From NCBI GenBank assembly GCA_965261005.1, contig OZ253375.1:96001-160000 (forward strand): 64,000 bases of DNA, read 5' to 3'. This DNA is from Deinococcus sp. (GTDB lineage Bacteria; Deinococcota; Deinococci; Deinococcales; Deinococcaceae). The translations under genes and the position numbers were made by a program. The notes below the pieces were generated by a model that was not told the DNA's origin, searched no databases, and saw only the letters and a list, made by a program, of their open reading frames with translations. Positions 60,048-64,000 of the stretch are shown piece by piece (positions within the stretch are counted from its first letter, which is position 1; the number at the start of each line of letters is the position of its first letter).

Positions 60048-60674
60048 TCACGGCCAGTGCCGCACCAGCAGGGCGCGGCCCGATTGCACCTCGGCGCGCA
60101 CAGCCACACCCGTCGCCTCGTTGGACAAGGTCCAGCCCGAACCGACCGGCACGTCGGCATCCCGCAAGGGCCAGCGAACACCCGCGAGACTCAGGCCCGC
60201 AAGGTCGTCGAGCGCCACCACGCTCAGCACTTGGCCGGGAAAGGTCGGGAAGATTGTGTCCTGTCCGGCCACCAGCGGCAGCGCCGACTGGTCGCCGCCG
60301 TGCAGCTCGACGTGTGGGCCGGTGCGCACCGCCAGCAGCGCGAGTGCCAAGGTGTGGTCCACCCGTCCCCCAAAGGCGCCCCAAAAGGTGACGTGCGTGG
60401 CGCCCCGCTCCGTGGCGACTCTGAGCGCCAGCTCGGCGTCGGTAAAGTCCTTGGCGCGCGGAACTGGCTCGCGCGGAATATCTGCGAAGCGCGGGTCATG
60501 AAGGTCGCTGGAGTCGAAATCGCCCACCCACAGGTCGGGCCGGACGCCCAGCAGCCCCGCGTGACGAATGCCGCCGTCGGCCGCGATCACCAGGTCCGGC
60601 CGCTCGGCGCGGCGACGGCGCAGCTCGACCGTGCCGTGCAGCTCGCCGCCGACCAGAATCCAAACCTCAGCCAC
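60048..60674 (-). CDS. thiN: Thiamine pyrophosphokinase
   Basis: IAADGG, VGDFDS, KDFTDAELAL, GGRVDH, LSNE. Confidence 0.93.
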   Translation of the reverse strand: MAEVWILVGGELHGTVELRRRRAERPDLVIAADGGIRHAGLLGVRPDLWVGDFDSSDLHDPRFADIPREPVPRAKDFTDAELALRVATERGATHVTFWGAFGGRVDHTLALALLAVRTGPHVELHGGDQSALPLVAGQDTIFPTFPGQVLSVVALDDLAGLSLAGVRWPLRDADVPVGSGWTLSNEATGVAVRAEVQSGRALLVRHWP

Positions 60675-61635
60675 GCTCCCCCTCCAGGTCGCTCGGCAGC
60701 AGGCGGCAGCGCGCTCTATCCACCGTCAGCCGCAAGGTGTCCTTTGCCAACTCGGCCTCACGCGGGCTGAGGGCCAGGGTCAGCGGGCCGAGGTCGTGCG
60801 CCACCTCGATGAGCGTTCCCACGCCGTCCGCCCGGCGCCCCGTCACGGGATAGGCCGGCCCCTCGCCCAGCTTCACAGCCTCCTCGGGCACCAGCAGCGT
60901 TTCCGCGCCGCGCGGCAGCAAGTTGCGGTGGCCGAGAAAGGCGGCGGCCCAGGCGCTCACCGGGCTGGCCCGTACCAAATCGGCCGGTCCCAATTGCACC
61001 AGCCTTCCGGCGCGCATCAGGGCCAGCGTCCCGGCGAGCGAAAGCGCCTCGCGCTGGTCGTGCGTGACCAGCAAGGTCGTCACGCCCAAACGGGTGAACA
61101 GCGCGCGCAGCTCGCCCTGCAACTCGGCCCGCAGCCGCTCGTCGAGGTTGGACAGCGGCTCGTCGAGCAGCAGCAGCTTCGGGCGTGGCGCCAGAGAGCG
61201 CGCCAGGGCCACGCGCTGCTGCTGCCCCCCGGACAGCTCGGTCACGCGGCGTGCGGCGAGCGCCTCCAAGCCGACCAGCGCTAGCGCCTCACGCGCCCGA
61301 ACATCGGCCGCCCTTTTGTCCAGCCCGCGCGCCCTCGGCCCGTAGGCCACGTTGCCCAGCACGCTGAGGTGTGGAAACAGCGCGTAGTCCTGAAAGACCA
61401 GCGACAGGTCGCGCCGCTCGGGCGCCCACTTCGTCACGTCCGCCCCGTTCAGGCACACCCGCCCCGCGTCCGGCGCCTCCAGCCCCGCGATCAGGCGCAG
61501 CAGCGTGCTCTTGCCGCAGCCGCTCGGCCCGAGGAGCGCCAGCGTGCCGCCACTTTCCAAGCTCAGCGACACGTCCCGCACGGCCGCCACCTTTCCGTAC
61601 TGCTTGGAGAGATGTTCCAGCGCCAGGGCACTCAC
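60667..61635 (-). CDS. thiQ: Thiamine ABC transporter ATP-binding protein
   Basis: GPSGCGKS, FQDYALFPH, LSGGQQQR, LLLDEP. Start GTG 61635 preferred (alternative ATG 61653). Confidence 0.85.
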   Translation of the reverse strand: MSALALEHLSKQYGKVAAVRDVSLSLESGGTLALLGPSGCGKSTLLRLIAGLEAPDAGRVCLNGADVTKWAPERRDLSLVFQDYALFPHLSVLGNVAYGPRARGLDKRAADVRAREALALVGLEALAARRVTELSGGQQQRVALARSLAPRPKLLLLDEPLSNLDERLRAELQGELRALFTRLGVTTLLVTHDQREALSLAGTLALMRAGRLVQLGPADLVRASPVSAWAAAFLGHRNLLPRGAETLLVPEEAVKLGEGPAYPVTGRRADGVGTLIEVAHDLGPLTLALSPREAELAKDTLRLTVDRARCRLLPSDLEGERG

Positions 61636-61772
61636 AGCACGTTCCGTTTCCATTGAGGGTCGAACAGCACGCCCCTCAATTCCAACTTCAGCGCTGTGAC
61701 AGTCATTTCTACTCGCTCCGCTCGCCTGGCATTGAGGAAAAGCGCCTCAATGCCAGTGAAATTTGTTCTCAC
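61632..61772 (-). CDS. Putative 46-aa bridging mini-ORF across the thiP/thiQ repeat insertion
   Basis: GTGA overlap with the thiP stop (61772-61769) and GTGA overlap with the thiQ GTG (61635-61632). No internal stop. GTGAG at both ends. Confidence 0.55.
   Translation of the reverse strand: MRTNFTGIEALFLNARRAERVEMTVTALKLELRGVLFDPQWKRNVL
61652..61756. repeat. Two-hairpin small non-coding repeat (Deinococcus SNR-like) between thiP and thiQ
   Basis: ATTGAGGG...CCCTCAAT (61652-61680) and CTGGCATTGAGG-N7-CCTCAATGCCAG (61726-61756), flanking ACTCGCTCCGCTCG. Confidence 0.8.
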
Positions 61773-63307
61773 TCCACCGCCCCCCGCCCGCCCAGCAACG
61801 CAAAGCAGGCCAGCGAGAGGCCCATCAGCAGGGTTGCCAGGGCGCTGGCCTCGCCGAGGTTCTGACTGCCCGGCCGGGCGAGCACCTCGGCCACGCCGAG
61901 GGAAAGGGTGGTCCACTCGGGCCGCGCCAGGACCAGGGTCGCGGCGAACTCGCCGAACACCGTGGCGAGGGCGAGGGCCGCTCCCCCGCGCAGGGCGGGC
62001 AGCACCAGCGGGAGCGTGACGCTCCCCAGCACGCGGGCGGGCGAGCTGCCCAGCGTCCGGGCCGCCTCCAACACCCCCCTTGGCAGGGCGCGTAGCGCCG
62101 GCAGCAGGCTGCGGGTCACCAGGGGCGCGGCCAGCAGCACGTAGGCGAACAGCAGCAGCGGCAGGGCGGCGCGCAGCCTGGGGTAGAGCAGCAGGTAGCC
62201 GACCGAGAGGCTGATGGGGGAGACCATCAGGGGCAGCAGCGACAGCAAATCGAGAATGCGCGAACGCCGGGCGCCCAGCGCGTGCAGCCCCCCGAAGAAG
62301 ACCGCGCCCAGCAGCGCCACCAAACCGAAGCCCAGGGTGTTGCGCAGCATCAGGCCCAAAGGGGCGCCCTCCAGCTGGGTCAACCCCTGCCAGTAGGCCA
62401 GCGTGAACCCGCCCCCGTCCAGCAGCGAACGCGCCACGACCGCCAGCAGCGGCCCGAAGCACAGCAGCAGCGTGAGGGGCAGCAGAACGGCCAGAAAGAT
62501 AGCGCCCAGACTGCGCGGCCTCGGCAGCGCACGGGCCAACTGCACCCCGCTTCCCCCGCGCGCCGCCAGCCACAGATAGGCGCTTCCGGCCAGCACCGTC
62601 ACGACCAGCTGCGCCCCGACCAGCGCCCCGGCCTGCGCCAGCTTGAGCTGGTAGATCGTCAGGCTGTAGACCTCGACCTCCAGCGTGGCGTAGTCGGCCC
62701 CACCCAGCAAAAAAGGGATGCCGAAGCTGAGGGCGCTGTACAAAAAGACCAGCGCCGCCCCGGCCAAGAGTCCCGGCAGCGCCAGCGGCAGGGCGACTGT
62801 GAGGGCCGCTCCTACCTGACTCTTCCCAAGGGTGCGTGCCGCCGCCAGCAACTCTGGCGGCACCCGCGCGAAGCCGGCGTGTGAGAGCCTCACCATCAGC
62901 GGCAGGTTGAAGAAGAGGTTGCCGAGAATGACGATGGCCCCGCTCTCCGACAAGTCGAGGCCGGTGAAGCCGCGCGGCCCCACCAGCGCCAGCAGGCCCA
63001 TCGCGGCCACCAGCGTCGGGGTCACGAAGGGCAGCAGCAGGGCGCGCAGCAGGGTCTCCTTGAAGGGCAACCGGTAGCTGGCAAGCAGGTACGCCAGCGG
63101 CCCGCCCAGCAGCACGGCCAAGAGGGCGCTCAGGCCCGCCTGCCCCAGCGTCCAGGCCAGCCGCCCCCGGTAGTACGGCTCGGCGAACACGTCCCAGCGC
63201 GCCCCGCCCTCGGCCAAGACCCGGACCAGCGGCGCCGCCAGAAAAAAGCCGATCAGCAGCAGCGGCGGTGAGGCGACCAGCCACGGGCGCGCGAACCGGA
63301 CCGTCAC
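61769..63307 (-). CDS. thiP: Thiamine ABC transporter permease (duplicated domain)
   Basis: Two EAA-type motifs ([17 protein letters not shown]), [16 protein letters not shown]. Confidence 0.88.
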   Translation of the reverse strand: MTVRFARPWLVASPPLLLIGFFLAAPLVRVLAEGGARWDVFAEPYYRGRLAWTLGQAGLSALLAVLLGGPLAYLLASYRLPFKETLLRALLLPFVTPTLVAAMGLLALVGPRGFTGLDLSESGAIVILGNLFFNLPLMVRLSHAGFARVPPELLAAARTLGKSQVGAALTVALPLALPGLLAGAALVFLYSALSFGIPFLLGGADYATLEVEVYSLTIYQLKLAQAGALVGAQLVVTVLAGSAYLWLAARGGSGVQLARALPRPRSLGAIFLAVLLPLTLLLCFGPLLAVVARSLLDGGGFTLAYWQGLTQLEGAPLGLMLRNTLGFGLVALLGAVFFGGLHALGARRSRILDLLSLLPLMVSPISLSVGYLLLYPRLRAALPLLLFAYVLLAAPLVTRSLLPALRALPRGVLEAARTLGSSPARVLGSVTLPLVLPALRGGAALALATVFGEFAATLVLARPEWTTLSLGVAEVLARPGSQNLGEASALATLLMGLSLACFALLGGRGAVE

Positions 63308-63314
63308 CCCGGGT

Positions 63315-64000
63315 TTACTTCTCGCCGCGCAGCACCACGGCGGTCCAGCGGTCGGTCCAGGTTTGCGCTTTGCCGGCGATCTGGCCCAGACTCAGCTTGG
63401 CGCTCTGCGGCGGCGTCTGGGCGAACTTGAACACCGGGTCGAGCTTCACCCCCCCCCGCGCCGGATAGACCCACATACGGGTGGGAAAGTCTTGCTGCGC
63501 CTCTTGTGACAGCATGAAGTCCACGAACTTCCTCGCCAACTCGGGCTGCTGCGTGCCCTTGAGCAGGCCCACGCCCTCCACCTGCAAAAAGGTGCTGCCG
63601 GGCAAAAACAGGTTGGCGGTCGGGCTGTCATTCAGCTTGGTCTTGCTGTAAAAGACTTCGGCGGCGGGGCTGGTGGCGTAGCTGACGACGATGGGGTACT
63701 TGCCGCCGTTCAGCGAGAAGTCGGTGTAATAAGCGCCGTTCCAGCCGTTGGCGACGCGCAGACCGTTCGCCTTCATCGCCCGCCACCAGCCCCAGCCCTT
63801 GGCCTCGCCGAAGTGGTTCACGGTCGCCATCAAAAAGGCGAGGCCGGGGCTGGAGGTCGCCGGGTTCTCCACGACCAACAGGTTTTTGTAGGCCGGCTTG
63901 GTCAGGTCCTCCAAGGTCTTGGGCAGCGCCAGTTGGCGCTTCTCGAAGTACGCCTTGTCATAGTTGAGGGCCACGTAGCCGTAGTCCACGGCGTTCAGCA
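63315..64000 (-). CDS. thiB: Thiamine ABC transporter substrate-binding protein (5'-partial)
   Basis: [40 protein letters not shown]. Frame is open to the window end. Confidence 0.9.
   Translation of the reverse strand, partial: LNAVDYGYVALNYDKAYFEKRQLALPKTLEDLTKPAYKNLLVVENPATSSPGLAFLMATVNHFGEAKGWGWWRAMKANGLRVANGWNGAYYTDFSLNGGKYPIVVSYATSPAAEVFYSKTKLNDSPTANLFLPGSTFLQVEGVGLLKGTQQPELARKFVDFMLSQEAQQDFPTRMWVYPARGGVKLDPVFKFAQTPPQSAKLSLGQIAGKAQTWTDRWTAVVLRGEK

Noticed and set aside
60019..60051. 10-codon frame from the thiN GTGA overlap ending 4 nt before gene 60014
   Set aside because: There is no repeat or hairpin, it is too short to be informative, and CAGAAT-N6-GTG suggests an independent leaderless promoter.
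63315..64000. TPP riboswitch for the thi operon
   Set aside because: It would lie upstream of thiB, beyond the window end, so it is not visible here.

Overview
High-GC bacterial chromosome segment, almost certainly Deinococcota (Deinococcus-like). Supporting signs are an SLH+beta-barrel envelope protein, a DUF3208-like and a Uma2 protein, and TANNNT -10 boxes about 6 nt before many start codons. The content is mostly housekeeping: deoD, ppc, queA, ftsY, sdaAA/AB, prlC, a complete 14-gene nuoA-N operon with a Rex-like operator, nth, prfB with its +1 programmed frameshift, nrnA, holA, hemB, two Hanks kinases, speD, sdhCDAB and a thiamine ABC transporter/thiN operon. The most unusual observation concerns four structured-repeat insertions inside otherwise tightly coupled operons (nuoD/E, nuoF/G, nuoK/L, thiP/Q). 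Each is spanned by a stop-free mini-ORF that starts in an (A/G)TGA overlap with the upstream stop codon and ends overlapping or abutting the downstream start codon, which suggests 'translational bridges' that preserve coupling across repeat insertions. Other oddities: a decayed duplicate of the sdaAA 3' end flanking a Uma2 gene, an AT-rich/GC-rich chimeric secreted-protein gene at the left edge, and a stand-alone SRA/YDG-like gene. No rRNA, tRNA, CRISPR array or transposase was recognised. All family calls are from motif recognition by eye, not database searches.
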